From Candidatus Micrarchaeota archaeon (GTDB lineage: Archaea; Micrarchaeota; Micrarchaeia; Burarchaeales; JAKAKT01), in contig JBFYLO010000046.1 in the NCBI GenBank assembly GCA_041305385.1, positions 491 to 64,490 on the forward strand: 64,000 bases of DNA, read 5' to 3'. Every line of letters begins with the position of its first letter. Position 1 is the first letter of the stretch. The position numbers were made by a program, and so were the translations under genes. Below the pieces are notes generated by a model. It worked only from the letters and a program-made list of their open reading frames with translations. It had not been told where the DNA came from and searched no databases. This document shows positions 38,585 through 48,198 of the stretch, piece by piece.

Positions 38585-38837
38585 AGCCACAGTCGCCTGA
38601 CTCGCAATCCGAGTCCTTGGTGCAAGTGCTTCCAACTGCCTTCTTCTCAACCGGCGCTTTGGCAGCGTCGATAGTCTTGTCCACCCCGGAGTCGAGCTTC
38701 TTGTCTATCTCGGTCCCCTTCTTGCTCCACTCGGTGGCTGTCTTCTGGAGCTGCACCACGAGGATGAGGGCGACTGCCAGAAGGGCCGCTATGACTATAA
38801 TGAGCTCGGCGGATATCTGGGCCTTCCTCCCTCCCAT
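38565..38837 (-). CDS. Archaeal type IV pilin-like protein (class III signal peptide) with Cys-rich C-terminus
   Basis: MGGRKAQISAELIIVIAALLAVALIL prepilin-like N-terminus. Confidence 0.55.
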   Translation of the reverse strand: MGGRKAQISAELIIVIAALLAVALILVVQLQKTATEWSKKGTEIDKKLDSGVDKTIDAAKAPVEKKAVGSTCTKDSDCESGDCGYDGKCG

Positions 38838-38880
38838 GCAAGAAATTTAGGCGGAGAATTTTATATGTTTTTCGAACTCA

Positions 38881-40239
38881 TCAGAGCAGGCCAGGGAGCC
38901 TTTCATTATTGCTCCCACCTTCATAGAAACGGGCATACAGGAGCTTTGGGATTATGAGCGCCGCCTTCGTCCCAATTCCGCTCAGCCCCTCCTTCATCAT
39001 TTCCTGGACAATCGGGTTCTTCCTGAGCCTCCTGAATGTGTAAGCGAATATCTCATTGCCGAAAATCAGGTAGTGGTCAAGGGGAATCCCCTCGCTCTTC
39101 ACAAACCACATGAACTCATCAGTGTAGCACCCTTTCAGCACCTGCATCCTGAACTCGAGGTTCGGGCTTTCGTTTTCCAGGTATGCTTTCAAGGCAGCTT
39201 TCTGGGCTTTCAGGTCCATGGACCCAGAAGCTAGAAGCAGCGCGACATCGTATTTATTTGGTGCAGTTGCTAGGAATTCGTTGAGCTCGATGAATGTTCG
39301 AGTCCTCTCATCCATCGGTACATACACATTGAATGAATTGTCGAAATAGACGCCCTTGCAGCTCCTGAAAGAGTGTACTACCTCTGGCATCAAGGCAAAC
39401 AACAATTCAAGGTCAGTTTTCGTCCTTTTCAGGTTCCCTTGGAACACAACCCCGACGTTCCTGTCCTCATCAAGCAGGGCAGGATAAAGCACATGTGCAG
39501 TGAACGTAGTAAGCCTGTGGTCCTCCATATCTATCCAAACATCAACGTTCTTCTGCTTAGCATAATTTACAAGATACTGGATATTGTTGAACGCAAACAA
39601 AAAGCGGGCAATCCAGAGTGCCTCATCCCCCTCTTTCTCGAAAATCCCCGGAAAAATCTCGCGAAGTTCTGCCTCGCCCATATATGTCCCGAACTGGCTC
39701 GGCTTCATCGAAACAGTCGGGTCTTTGAAGTGGAGCCTTGTGCCTCCGGCAAGCTTGGATATCGTCAAAACGTAGTTGTACATGTTCTTCTGGACGCCAG
39801 AGAGAATCTCGGTGTGCTCGCCCGAGAAGTTTGCAATGCCAGTTGCACGTGAATAGTCTCTCCGTATCCTGGCAATCTCTGCAGCCACTTCGTTTGCAGT
39901 CGAGCCTGAGCAGTACCTGTTTGCAGTTAAATTCATGAATGGCCACTTTACAGGCGGGATCCGCATCGCCTTGCTCATAAGAAGAGTCGTAACGTTCTGC
40001 GCATTCCCCCAGCTGAAAGATTTTGGCTCTGGGTCTCCGGCGCCATAGGCAATTGTCGGGTATTGGGACTGCCAATACGCGAGCTTATCGACGAATGCCC
40101 TGATCTCAGAAACAGGCCTAGATTCCATGTTCGCATTGAAGAAAACGCGATTGCCGATGGTTTTCTGCCTCGTAGAAAGGTTAGCGAGCACCTTAGGGGA
40201 CAGATCAGCCCTTCTGGGTTCAACAATTGCTTGAGCCAT
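38881..40239 (-). CDS. Hypothetical protein (452 aa); weak resemblance to proline dehydrogenase-family TIM barrel
   Basis: IDMEDH and VLKGCY resemble the DMEDS and LVKGAY motifs of ProDH but the spacing differs, so the call is tentative. Confidence 0.35.
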   Translation of the reverse strand: MAQAIVEPRRADLSPKVLANLSTRQKTIGNRVFFNANMESRPVSEIRAFVDKLAYWQSQYPTIAYGAGDPEPKSFSWGNAQNVTTLLMSKAMRIPPVKWPFMNLTANRYCSGSTANEVAAEIARIRRDYSRATGIANFSGEHTEILSGVQKNMYNYVLTISKLAGGTRLHFKDPTVSMKPSQFGTYMGEAELREIFPGIFEKEGDEALWIARFLFAFNNIQYLVNYAKQKNVDVWIDMEDHRLTTFTAHVLYPALLDEDRNVGVVFQGNLKRTKTDLELLFALMPEVVHSFRSCKGVYFDNSFNVYVPMDERTRTFIELNEFLATAPNKYDVALLLASGSMDLKAQKAALKAYLENESPNLEFRMQVLKGCYTDEFMWFVKSEGIPLDHYLIFGNEIFAYTFRRLRKNPIVQEMMKEGLSGIGTKAALIIPKLLYARFYEGGSNNERLPGLL

Positions 40240-40308
40240 TCAACCCCTCAGAATAAGTGGTATTTCTAGGGATTTCAAATTTATATTCGTTTCCTGCCAA
40301 GTAATTCC

Positions 40309-41226
40309 ATGGCTTCGATTCTCATAACCGGCGGCGCAGGGTTCATCGGTTCAAACCTGGCCGAAGCTCTCTCGAAGGAAAATAACGTGATTGTTCTTGA
40401 CAACTTCTCCACAGGCAAGAGGAGCAATCTCTCGGGCCTCAAGAAAATAAAAATCATCCGGGGCGACATCTGCGACAGGGCTAAAGTCCAGGCTTCCCTG
40501 AAGGGAATCGACACAGTTATCCACCTGGCGGCAATTGCCTCTGTCCCAAGGTCAATTGCAAACCCCGCAGAAGCCAACCGGGTCAATGCAGGGGGAACCG
40601 TAAATCTTCTCTTCGAGTCCTGCAGGGCCGAGGTTGACAGGTTTATTTACGCCTCCTCCTCCGCAGTTTATGGCGATGCCCCCGGGCTCCCGAAAAAAGA
40701 GACTTCCCACCTAGCCCCAATCTCGCCCTATGCAGCAACCAAGCTCGCCGGAGAGAAATTCTGCCTCTTCTTCGGGCACAACTTCGGCCTCTCGACAGTG
40801 AGCTTCAGGTATTTCAACATATACGGGCAGAAGCAGGACCCAGGCTCGGAATATGCGGCAGTAATCCCGAAATTCATTTCTCTCATGAAGAGGGGAAAGA
40901 GGCCCACAATTTTCGGGGATGGGAAGCAGACCCGCGACTTCACATATATTGGGGACGTGATTCGGGCAAATGAGCTGGCACTAAACTCGAAAAAAGGCTC
41001 CGGCGAAGTGTTCAATATCGCCATGGGCAAAGAGCAGAGCCTGAACGGGCTTGTTAAAACTCTGAACAAAATACTCGGCACGAAGCTCGAGCCAATTTAC
41101 GGTAAGGAAAGGCCGGGGGACATAAGGCGCTCGTTCTCAGACATCTCGAAGGCAAGAAAGGCTTTGGGCTATGCTCCAAAATTCAATCTCGAGCAGGGGC
41201 TAAAGGACACGCTCGGGAAAAAATAA
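40309..41226 (+). CDS. NAD-dependent nucleotide-sugar 4-epimerase (extended SDR, WbpP/GalE-like)
   Basis: TGGAGFIGSNL Rossmann motif, S-Y-K triad (YAATK), LDNFSTGK. Confidence 0.8.
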   Translation: MASILITGGAGFIGSNLAEALSKENNVIVLDNFSTGKRSNLSGLKKIKIIRGDICDRAKVQASLKGIDTVIHLAAIASVPRSIANPAEANRVNAGGTVNLLFESCRAEVDRFIYASSSAVYGDAPGLPKKETSHLAPISPYAATKLAGEKFCLFFGHNFGLSTVSFRYFNIYGQKQDPGSEYAAVIPKFISLMKRGKRPTIFGDGKQTRDFTYIGDVIRANELALNSKKGSGEVFNIAMGKEQSLNGLVKTLNKILGTKLEPIYGKERPGDIRRSFSDISKARKALGYAPKFNLEQGLKDTLGKK

Positions 41227-41368
41227 CAAGACCAAAAAGTAAAGAAGGCCCGGGCGAATTGCATTCTTAGCTCTCCGAGAGCCGCTTATGGTTCTTGAGA
41301 ATTCGATTGGCTTTGGTTGTTGACTGAACCCCGCGGGGCTCGAGCCAGTTGCATTATTTTTTGTTTTT

Positions 41369-41420
41369 GTATTGGAATTTGCTAAATCCAATGCGGCCAA
41401 ATTTCTGCAGAAATTTGTCC
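41369..41420. repeat. 52-bp conserved intergenic element, copy 1 of 3 (GTATTGGAATTTGCTAAATCCAATGCGGCCAAATTTCTGCAGAAATTTGTCC)
   Basis: Near-identical copies at 45157-45208 and 62127-62178; contains perfect palindrome CAAATTTCTGCAGAAATTTG; 23 bp upstream of the GT4 gene start. Confidence 0.75.
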
Positions 41421-41442
41421 TGCTATAGCTCGTTCAACAGTC

Positions 41443-42501
41443 GTGTTTTTTAACATTCGAGCCCATACTCCCCTCATGAGAGTTGCGATATTCGGTCCCT
41501 TCCACCAATCCCCGAGGGAAGGGGGGGTGGAGCAGCATGTGGCAAGGCTTTCCGACTCACTGGAGAAATCTGGAGTTGAAGTGGAGAGATGGAGCTGGAA
41601 AGCCCCCGAGAGCACCGAATCTATAAGGAAGTTCAGCCTGTTTGGCATCAGCGGCGCAGCCAAGAGCACAGGGGCCGACATCGTCCATTTCCACTCAACG
41701 GCAACCACTTTTTCATTGATGTGCGGTCTCGGGCGTTTCAAGGGCAAATCAATCGCAACCATGCACGCATTCTACCACCCGGAGTTTGAAAACACCCTGA
41801 GGATGAAGGCATTGAGCATTGCATTCGCCAAGCCCTATGTGCTGGCACTCAGGAGGCTCGGCAGAAGGATAGCAGTCAGCGAGTTCATCAGGTCCGAGGC
41901 TGAGTCTAATGGAGTGAGGACAGATGCAGTGATAAACAATGGGATAACGCTCAGCGAGTTCAGGGGAATCAGCAGGAGAAGCGAACTCGAGTCCGAAGTG
42001 GTGATGGTGGGGAGGTTCACCGAGCAGAAGGGCGTTTTCGATTTCATCGAGGCGTTCTCAGGCTCGGGAATCCAGGCTGCATTGGCCGGCTACGGCGGAA
42101 AGGACGTTGAGGAGCGCGTCAGGAAGCTCTGCGAAAAAGGAGGCATCAGGTGCTTTGTCAATCCTGACAGGAAAGTTCTCATGGAGATCATCTCCTCCTC
42201 GAAGGTTTTTGCCTTTCCCTCCAAGTACGAGCCCTTTGGAATTGTGGGCCTTGAGGCGATGGCTCTCGGGAAGCCGGTGGTCGTCTACTCGAGGGCCGGC
42301 GGGCCGCTGGACTACGTTTCGAGCGGCAAGAACGGCATGGTTATAAGCGAGGGCCCGGCGAAACTCCGCGACGCAGTCAAATCCCTGCTTGCAGACAGCA
42401 AGAAGCTAGGCACATTCTCAAAAAACGCATTCCAAACAGCGTCCCCCTATGATTGGGATAAGATAGCGGAAAGGACCAAGGCCATCTATTCCTCCCTCTA
42501 G
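41443..42501 (+). CDS. Glycosyltransferase family 4 (GT-B, group 1)
   Basis: EPFGIVGLEAMALGKPVV EX7E motif. Confidence 0.8.
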   Translation: MFFNIRAHTPLMRVAIFGPFHQSPREGGVEQHVARLSDSLEKSGVEVERWSWKAPESTESIRKFSLFGISGAAKSTGADIVHFHSTATTFSLMCGLGRFKGKSIATMHAFYHPEFENTLRMKALSIAFAKPYVLALRRLGRRIAVSEFIRSEAESNGVRTDAVINNGITLSEFRGISRRSELESEVVMVGRFTEQKGVFDFIEAFSGSGIQAALAGYGGKDVEERVRKLCEKGGIRCFVNPDRKVLMEIISSSKVFAFPSKYEPFGIVGLEAMALGKPVVVYSRAGGPLDYVSSGKNGMVISEGPAKLRDAVKSLLADSKKLGTFSKNAFQTASPYDWDKIAERTKAIYSSL

Positions 42502-43481
42502 CCGAACAGCCTCGGCCATCTTCTCATCATTCCTTTCTCGAGCCGTGCTGAAATTTCCGAGAAATACGGGTCTTCGATGTCTAGATGCTCCTTTTTGAAA
42601 ACCTCTTTTGCCAGGGCGATGCTTTCGCTGCCATCCCCAATGACCTCCCTCAAGCGCCCCTCCCATTCCTCCTCCCCAAATCCGCGGACCACCCATTTTT
42701 CAGGCAGGAAAGACGCCGCTCCAACGCGGGCAGAGGCGAGAACCGGAGTCGAGGCGCTCAGCGCCTCAGTGACAACAAACCCAATGGGGTCGCTCAGGGG
42801 CGGATGGATGAGCGCCTTTGCCCTAGAGTAGTACGAAAAGAGCTCCTCCCGTTTCTCCAGGAAAGGGATATACTCCAGGTTTGGAATCGACTTGGCCCGC
42901 TCTGCTATCTCGCTCTCCATCCTTCCCCGGCCTATGAAAACAAACTGCTCTTCCTTCATCTTTTCAGCGAGCCTCAGGAACAGAAGCGGGTTCTTGGAAG
43001 CCTCGGCCCTCCCAACGAAAAGTATGAGGTCCCGTTTCTTCGAGCCGCATTTCTTCTCATCCGCAGGCGGAACGAAGAAGCACTCGAGCCCAAGGCCCCT
43101 GAGGAACGCGGCCCCGGCCTTGGTCTGTGAGATGAAGGGCATTCCTGAGAAAGCCCTAAGCCCCAGGCTAGCAGCAGAATCCTTAATCACGCCTCTTGGG
43201 GTATACTCCTCGCAGAAAACAGCGGGAACTCCGGAGGTGAGAATCTTCCAACACTCAAGCGCGATTAGCGGCGAATTCGCCAAATAAATATTTTCCCTGC
43301 TCAGTTCGAGGGGCATATACCAAAGGATTTTCGTCTTGGAAAGAAACAGGCGCCGCGTGGTGTACTCGCCAGGCGCTATGTCCATAACCCCAAAACCTAT
43401 TTTTTCAGCTATCCTCAGAAGGACAGTTTTTGGGGCCTGGTAGACCGGATGCGACCCGAGCAGAGATATGACCTTTCCCAT
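42498..43481 (-). CDS. Glycosyltransferase family 4 (GT-B, group 1)
   Basis: DPIGFVVTEALSASTPVLA EX7E-like motif; 327 aa. Confidence 0.65.
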   Translation of the reverse strand: MGKVISLLGSHPVYQAPKTVLLRIAEKIGFGVMDIAPGEYTTRRLFLSKTKILWYMPLELSRENIYLANSPLIALECWKILTSGVPAVFCEEYTPRGVIKDSAASLGLRAFSGMPFISQTKAGAAFLRGLGLECFFVPPADEKKCGSKKRDLILFVGRAEASKNPLLFLRLAEKMKEEQFVFIGRGRMESEIAERAKSIPNLEYIPFLEKREELFSYYSRAKALIHPPLSDPIGFVVTEALSASTPVLASARVGAASFLPEKWVVRGFGEEEWEGRLREVIGDGSESIALAKEVFKKEHLDIEDPYFSEISARLEKGMMRRWPRLFG

Positions 43482-43489
43482 AAAAACGC

Positions 43490-44230
43490 CTAGAGCCTTT
43501 TTTTGAAAAGCCCGATGAACCGCTGGGCGAGTTCAGCTGCCGCATAGGGCACCACTGCGCCCTGCTCCTTCTTTATCCGCCTGACTTCGGGCTCGAACTT
43601 CTTCCTCTGCGACATCGTTTTTGAGCTCGAGTGCAGCCTCAAATCCGCGAGCACAATCCCGGGGAGATACTCGATTCTACAACGCTTCGATACCCTCACA
43701 AGGAAGTCATAATCCATGGCGAAGTTGAACCGCTCATCTATAAAGCCGACTTTTTCGAAGACCCCCCGCCTGAAGAAAATTGTCTGCTGCGGAATCATCT
43801 GGAAGTAGTTTAAGTTTCGGAAATAACTGAAGCGGGCGGTTCTCCACACCGCAAGCTCCTTGTCGTTCTCATCTATGAACCTGCAATCCGAATAAATAAG
43901 GTCGGTTTCAGGATGTCCCCCAAGGTAATCTATGGCTTTCTTGAAGGCCCCTGGCTCATAAACATCATCTGCATTTATCCAGCCGATTAGCCCGCCAGTT
44001 GCCATCTTGAACCCAACATTCAGGGCTTGGGACTGGTTGGTCTTCTCTGCCAAAACAAATTTCACATTGGGATATTTCTTAGCTACCCTGTCCGTTCCAT
44101 CATTCGAGCCCGCATCCACAATTATGTGCTCATAGTTCGGGTAGTTTTGGTTTTTCACCGAGAGGATGGTCCTCTCGATGAACGCCCCAGATTTGTAGGA
44201 CGGAGTGATTATGCTTATCTTTTCCATCAA
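43490..44230 (-). CDS. Glycosyltransferase family 2
   Basis: ISIITPSYKSGAFIERTILSVKNQ, DAGSNDGT, DxD region. Confidence 0.8.
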   Translation of the reverse strand: MMEKISIITPSYKSGAFIERTILSVKNQNYPNYEHIIVDAGSNDGTDRVAKKYPNVKFVLAEKTNQSQALNVGFKMATGGLIGWINADDVYEPGAFKKAIDYLGGHPETDLIYSDCRFIDENDKELAVWRTARFSYFRNLNYFQMIPQQTIFFRRGVFEKVGFIDERFNFAMDYDFLVRVSKRCRIEYLPGIVLADLRLHSSSKTMSQRKKFEPEVRRIKKEQGAVVPYAAAELAQRFIGLFKKRL

Positions 44231-45117
44231 GACCCCTCGCGTTTAAGGAATGGATCATATCTGATGAGCCCCAGCTTCTTCTTAAAGGCCACCTCCAAAT
44301 ATCCTGCTCTCGCGAAATAGGAGGCTAAGAAATGGTTGGTGGCAATACCCGCCCATCCATCAAGGAACGCCCCGTAAGTTATGAGCCCGTGGAGGAAATA
44401 GACGGGGTAGCCCAGGAGTATGAAGGCCCATTTCACCAGGGGGTTCCTAGAGAGATACTCCCCTTTCTGCTCTCTCTCGACTTTCACGTAGATATCATGC
44501 TTTTGCCTTATTCTCTCCGCCCCGGCAGTGTAATAAAGATGATCATAGGCGATGTTGGAGTAGAAGTGCTTCCCCTCAATTCTCGGGGCCTCGTGAATTT
44601 TCATGTTCCAATTGATTTTGCAGTTTTTCCTGTAAAACCTGGGCTCATGGTGGGGCCTGTAAAATCCATGCCCAAACCATTTCCCAGGCGCGTAGAAGTG
44701 TTTTGAGAGGAGCCAAATTACATCGTAATCGCTTTGTTTTGCGAGCTTCGGGAGCTCAGCCCGGGCTTCTTCAGTAAGCCTTTCATCTGCATCTATGTGA
44801 AGTATCCACTCATAGCGTGCGTTCTCGTTCAAGAGTGCCCTCTCCACATCTGCCCAGTTCTTTTCAGTCGGGTTCTTTTTTCGGATTACCCTGGCGCCAG
44901 CACCCAAAAGAATCTCAGCCGTCCTGTCATTGCTCTCATGGTCTATCGCGACTATCTCGTCTACGACCCCCCGCAGGTTCGGGAGGAGTTCCGAGAGGTT
45001 CTTCTCCTCGTTTTTTACCATCATGCACGCGGTTATCCATTTTTTTGCAGTTGCCATTTTCCACGCCTTCCCATACGCCAGCGCTTGCTGAAGAACTTCT
45101 AGGGATACATGAAGCAA
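44227..45117 (-). CDS. Glycosyltransferase family 2-like
   Basis: ACMMVKNEE, IDHESND, HIDADE DxD-type motifs; start uncertain (several in-frame Met). Confidence 0.55.
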   Translation of the reverse strand: MLHVSLEVLQQALAYGKAWKMATAKKWITACMMVKNEEKNLSELLPNLRGVVDEIVAIDHESNDRTAEILLGAGARVIRKKNPTEKNWADVERALLNENARYEWILHIDADERLTEEARAELPKLAKQSDYDVIWLLSKHFYAPGKWFGHGFYRPHHEPRFYRKNCKINWNMKIHEAPRIEGKHFYSNIAYDHLYYTAGAERIRQKHDIYVKVEREQKGEYLSRNPLVKWAFILLGYPVYFLHGLITYGAFLDGWAGIATNHFLASYFARAGYLEVAFKKKLGLIRYDPFLKREGS

Positions 45118-45156
45118 ATTTCCGCATGTTGCTTAGACCACAGGCAGTTTTTTATT

Positions 45157-45208
45157 GTATTGGAATTTGCTAATCCCAATGCGGCCAAATTTCTACGGAA
45201 ATTTGTCC
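45157..45208. repeat. 52-bp conserved intergenic element, copy 2 of 3
   Basis: 48/52 identical to copy 1; 40 bp upstream of the start (45117) of the minus-strand GT2 gene. Confidence 0.75.
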
Positions 45209-45490
45209 CGCCATCCCCAGGCTTAAATAAACTAGCCTATCGTTTTAATGTTTTCTCCCAAGCCCAAAGAACACAGAAAAAGCCAAGCAACAAACCCGAG
45301 CTTGAGCTGGCCCGCAGGAGCTACACCACTCCAACCTGATTTTTCGGGTTCGCCGGCGTTGCGCGCTCGGCGTTGGCGAGGCTCGGGCGCAACCCGAGTT
45401 ATCTCGTTGGTTGGGCGCATATGTCCAGGCTTATTGAGAAGTATATCCTCTCAGACAAAAAGTGGCTTCTTTTAAGAAATGCAGGAAATG

Positions 45491-46759
45491 CTAATCCTGG
45501 TTTATCCGCTTAAGCCCAAAGCCCACAAGCGCATATTTTTTTCTGCCAGCAAACCTGTGCCGAAGGAGATTGAATTCAAACCTTATAACCATCAAGGAAG
45601 CGAAAACTCCAGCGGAGAGGATGTTCGAGACTATCTGGAGAGAGCTGTTCTCTAAGTAGTAGTAGAACTTCTGGCTCGGTTCGTGGTAAAGGATTATTTT
45701 CCTGCTCATTATAAGGTTCGTGAGCGCAAGCTCGTTGAAAATTACGACCTCCCGATTCAGCCTGCGGGCGAATCTCAGTAGCCTAGCGAGCGGATTTGCA
45801 GAAAAAACCGTAATATCCTTTTCCTTTATGGGCATCTTTTTCGACAACTCCCCCTTAATCTTGCCAAAGAGAGTTGAAGAAGAGGAATCCAGGTCTGCGG
45901 TTGGCCGCGAGAACGAGAAACTTGTGCACTCCTGAGGGAAGGAGTTTGCGAATTCTTTTTTCAGAAGTTTTGCGTGAATCGCATCTTCGACCGCTTCTTT
46001 CATAAGTCTTCCTGCAGGATTCCCCGTCCTCCTAAAGTAGATTTTAAGCGAGAAAGCGAACATCGCAGAGTTCAGGAAGCGGAGCAGGTTCGGCTTCTGG
46101 TAGAGATAGTAAAACATCTGGTTCCTAGTTAAGTAAAACAGAGCGGAGAGCGGCCTGACTTTTGGTCTTGGGTGGTCGAAGAACACGCCCACGTAGGCGG
46201 AGTTGATGCCTGCGGCCCCTATGCGGTTTGAAAGCTCTATGTCCTCCCAGAACATGTAATAAGGGGCATAGGAGAAGCCGATTTTCTCGAAAGCGCTGCG
46301 GTGGAACATCGTGCACATGGCGACGTTCGCCCTGCAATCCCCATAGTGCTGGTGCTTTGCGTGGGAGACGAGCGCCCCATCGCCGAGTGCTTTTGAAAGT
46401 CCCTCTATGAGGTTTTTTGAAAGCGGGACTGCATCATCATCAGTCACCATTATCTTCTCATAGCCCCGGTCAAAAGCCCACTTCTGCCCTGAAAAAAACC
46501 CGCCAGCCGCCCCGGTGTCTTCTTTGCGCTCAAGCAGGTTCACAGGGCCCCTGAGTTTTGAAACAATTGGAATCAGGGGTGCAGCATCGGTAGCGATTAT
46601 AATGAGGTCCGAGGGCTCCGTCTGCATCTTCCAGGCTTCAATCTGGGCGAGCGCCAGTTTCTCGTTTGTCCCCAAGGTCGGGAAAACCCAAGCTACGCTG
46701 TTTACTTTTTGCTTTACGGAAATGCTTTTCAATTCCCAGAGCCCAAATTCATCGCTCAT
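45491..46759 (-). CDS. Putative glycosyltransferase (GT-A-like N-terminal domain, long C-terminal extension)
   Basis: VTDDDAVP DxD-like motif after a Rossmann-like beta-alpha start; weak. Confidence 0.4.
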   Translation of the reverse strand: MSDEFGLWELKSISVKQKVNSVAWVFPTLGTNEKLALAQIEAWKMQTEPSDLIIIATDAAPLIPIVSKLRGPVNLLERKEDTGAAGGFFSGQKWAFDRGYEKIMVTDDDAVPLSKNLIEGLSKALGDGALVSHAKHQHYGDCRANVAMCTMFHRSAFEKIGFSYAPYYMFWEDIELSNRIGAAGINSAYVGVFFDHPRPKVRPLSALFYLTRNQMFYYLYQKPNLLRFLNSAMFAFSLKIYFRRTGNPAGRLMKEAVEDAIHAKLLKKEFANSFPQECTSFSFSRPTADLDSSSSTLFGKIKGELSKKMPIKEKDITVFSANPLARLLRFARRLNREVVIFNELALTNLIMSRKIILYHEPSQKFYYYLENSSLQIVSNILSAGVFASLMVIRFEFNLLRHRFAGRKKYALVGFGLKRINQD

Positions 46760-46821
46760 GCGCTTCCCTCAAATGCATTGCATAGCAATGGCCGTTTTCT
46801 GCCCACTTTTCAAGTCCCGGC

Positions 46822-48138
46822 TCAGTGCTTGCTTAAGAACTCAGCGAACTTATCCGCGACGTACTCCCGCATCTCATCTATAAGCCCCGGGTAGACTCCG
46901 ACCCAGAACGCGCAGTTCATTATCGTGTCTGAGTTTTTAAGTTCCCCGGCAACTTCGAATTTCTCCTCAAGATACGCGGGCTGCCTCGTTAAGTTTCCCC
47001 CAAAAAGCATCCGCGTAGCTATCCCCCTGGACTCAAGATAGTCTACGATTTCCCCCCTGGTGAATCCGGCGTCCTTGCGTACAGTCAGGAGGAAGCCGAA
47101 TGGAGATGGGTCCGAGCCCTTCGTCTTTACGGGCAGGATGAGCTTGTGCTTCCACACGGAGAGCTTTTTATGGAGGAATTCCCAGTTTTCACGCCTTTTC
47201 CTTACGAACTCCGGCAATTTCTCGAGCTGTGCAAGCCCTATTGCCCCCTGGATATCGAGCATTTTCAAATTATACCCTATGTGTGAATAGATGTACTTGT
47301 GGTCGTATCCATATGGCAGGTCCCCGAGCTTCCACTTGAACCTCTTCTTGCATGTGTTGTCATTCCCAGTCGCGCACCAGCAGTCCCTACCCCAGTCCCT
47401 GAAGGACTCAACTGCTCTCTTGAGGACCGGGTTCGAGGTGAGTACTGCACCTCCTTCCCCGGTTGTAATATGGTGCGCAGGATAAAAGCTGAGAGTCGCC
47501 AGGTCCCCGAACGTCCCAACATGCTTTCCGCGAATCGTCGAACCAAGGGCGTCGCAGCAGTCCTCGACCAAATAGAGGCCATGTTCCTTTGCAATCTTCC
47601 CAATCCTCTCAGCGTCGAAAGTGTTCCCAAGAGTATGCGCAAGGACTATGGCTTTTGTCTTTTCGTCGATTGCCTCCTCGACCATCTCTGGAGTTGGGTT
47701 ATATGTATCCAGTTCAACATCAATGAATCTCGGGACCAGTCCATTCTGGAAAATCGGATTCAGCGTAGTTGGGAATCCGGCTGCAGCAGTGATTACTCTG
47801 TCCCCGTTCTTCAGCCTTTTCTCCCCGAGCAAATGGGAGGTGAGAGCTGAAACCGCAAGGAGATTTGCCGATGAGCCGGAGTTTGTCAGCGAGCAGTATT
47901 TCAGCCCAGTGAATTTCGCAAGGCCCTTGCTGAACTCCCGGCAAAACCTCCCTTCCGTAAGCCAGAATTCGAGGCAGGCGTCAACAGCACCAACTACCTC
48001 GTTTTCATCATAAACCCTGCCGGCATAATTTATCCGCGACTTTTCTGGCAAAAACGGAGGTGCGTTTTTTGCCTTAAGCGAACAATGCCTTCTAACCAGC
48101 TTTAGAATTTCCTCTTTAACTGCTGTTTCATCGGTCAT
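46822..48138 (-). CDS. DegT/DnrJ/EryC1 family PLP enzyme of the dehydrase type (RfbH/DdhC E1-like or ColD-like; catalytic Lys replaced by His)
   Basis: SFYPAHHITTGEGG where aminotransferases have SFHxxKxxxxGEGG; 438 aa matches RfbH length. Confidence 0.65.
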   Translation of the reverse strand: MTDETAVKEEILKLVRRHCSLKAKNAPPFLPEKSRINYAGRVYDENEVVGAVDACLEFWLTEGRFCREFSKGLAKFTGLKYCSLTNSGSSANLLAVSALTSHLLGEKRLKNGDRVITAAAGFPTTLNPIFQNGLVPRFIDVELDTYNPTPEMVEEAIDEKTKAIVLAHTLGNTFDAERIGKIAKEHGLYLVEDCCDALGSTIRGKHVGTFGDLATLSFYPAHHITTGEGGAVLTSNPVLKRAVESFRDWGRDCWCATGNDNTCKKRFKWKLGDLPYGYDHKYIYSHIGYNLKMLDIQGAIGLAQLEKLPEFVRKRRENWEFLHKKLSVWKHKLILPVKTKGSDPSPFGFLLTVRKDAGFTRGEIVDYLESRGIATRMLFGGNLTRQPAYLEEKFEVAGELKNSDTIMNCAFWVGVYPGLIDEMREYVADKFAEFLSKH

Positions 48139-48198
48139 GCATTTTATTTAAAACGTTGCATTTTTATGCTATCCGCAGGAAATGTATTTGGGCATGAA

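Noticed and set aside
38881-40239. Calling the 452-aa protein a proline dehydrogenase
   Set aside because: Only two short motifs (DMED, LKGCY) resemble ProDH and their spacing is off. It is left as hypothetical with a tentative note.
45109-45339. ORFs 45109-45339 (+), 41200-41400 (-) and 62081-62350 (-) spanning the 52-bp element
   Set aside because: Their translations (…LEFANPNAAKFLRKFVP…) are simply readings of the conserved noncoding repeat. Conservation is at the nucleotide level across different frames and contexts.
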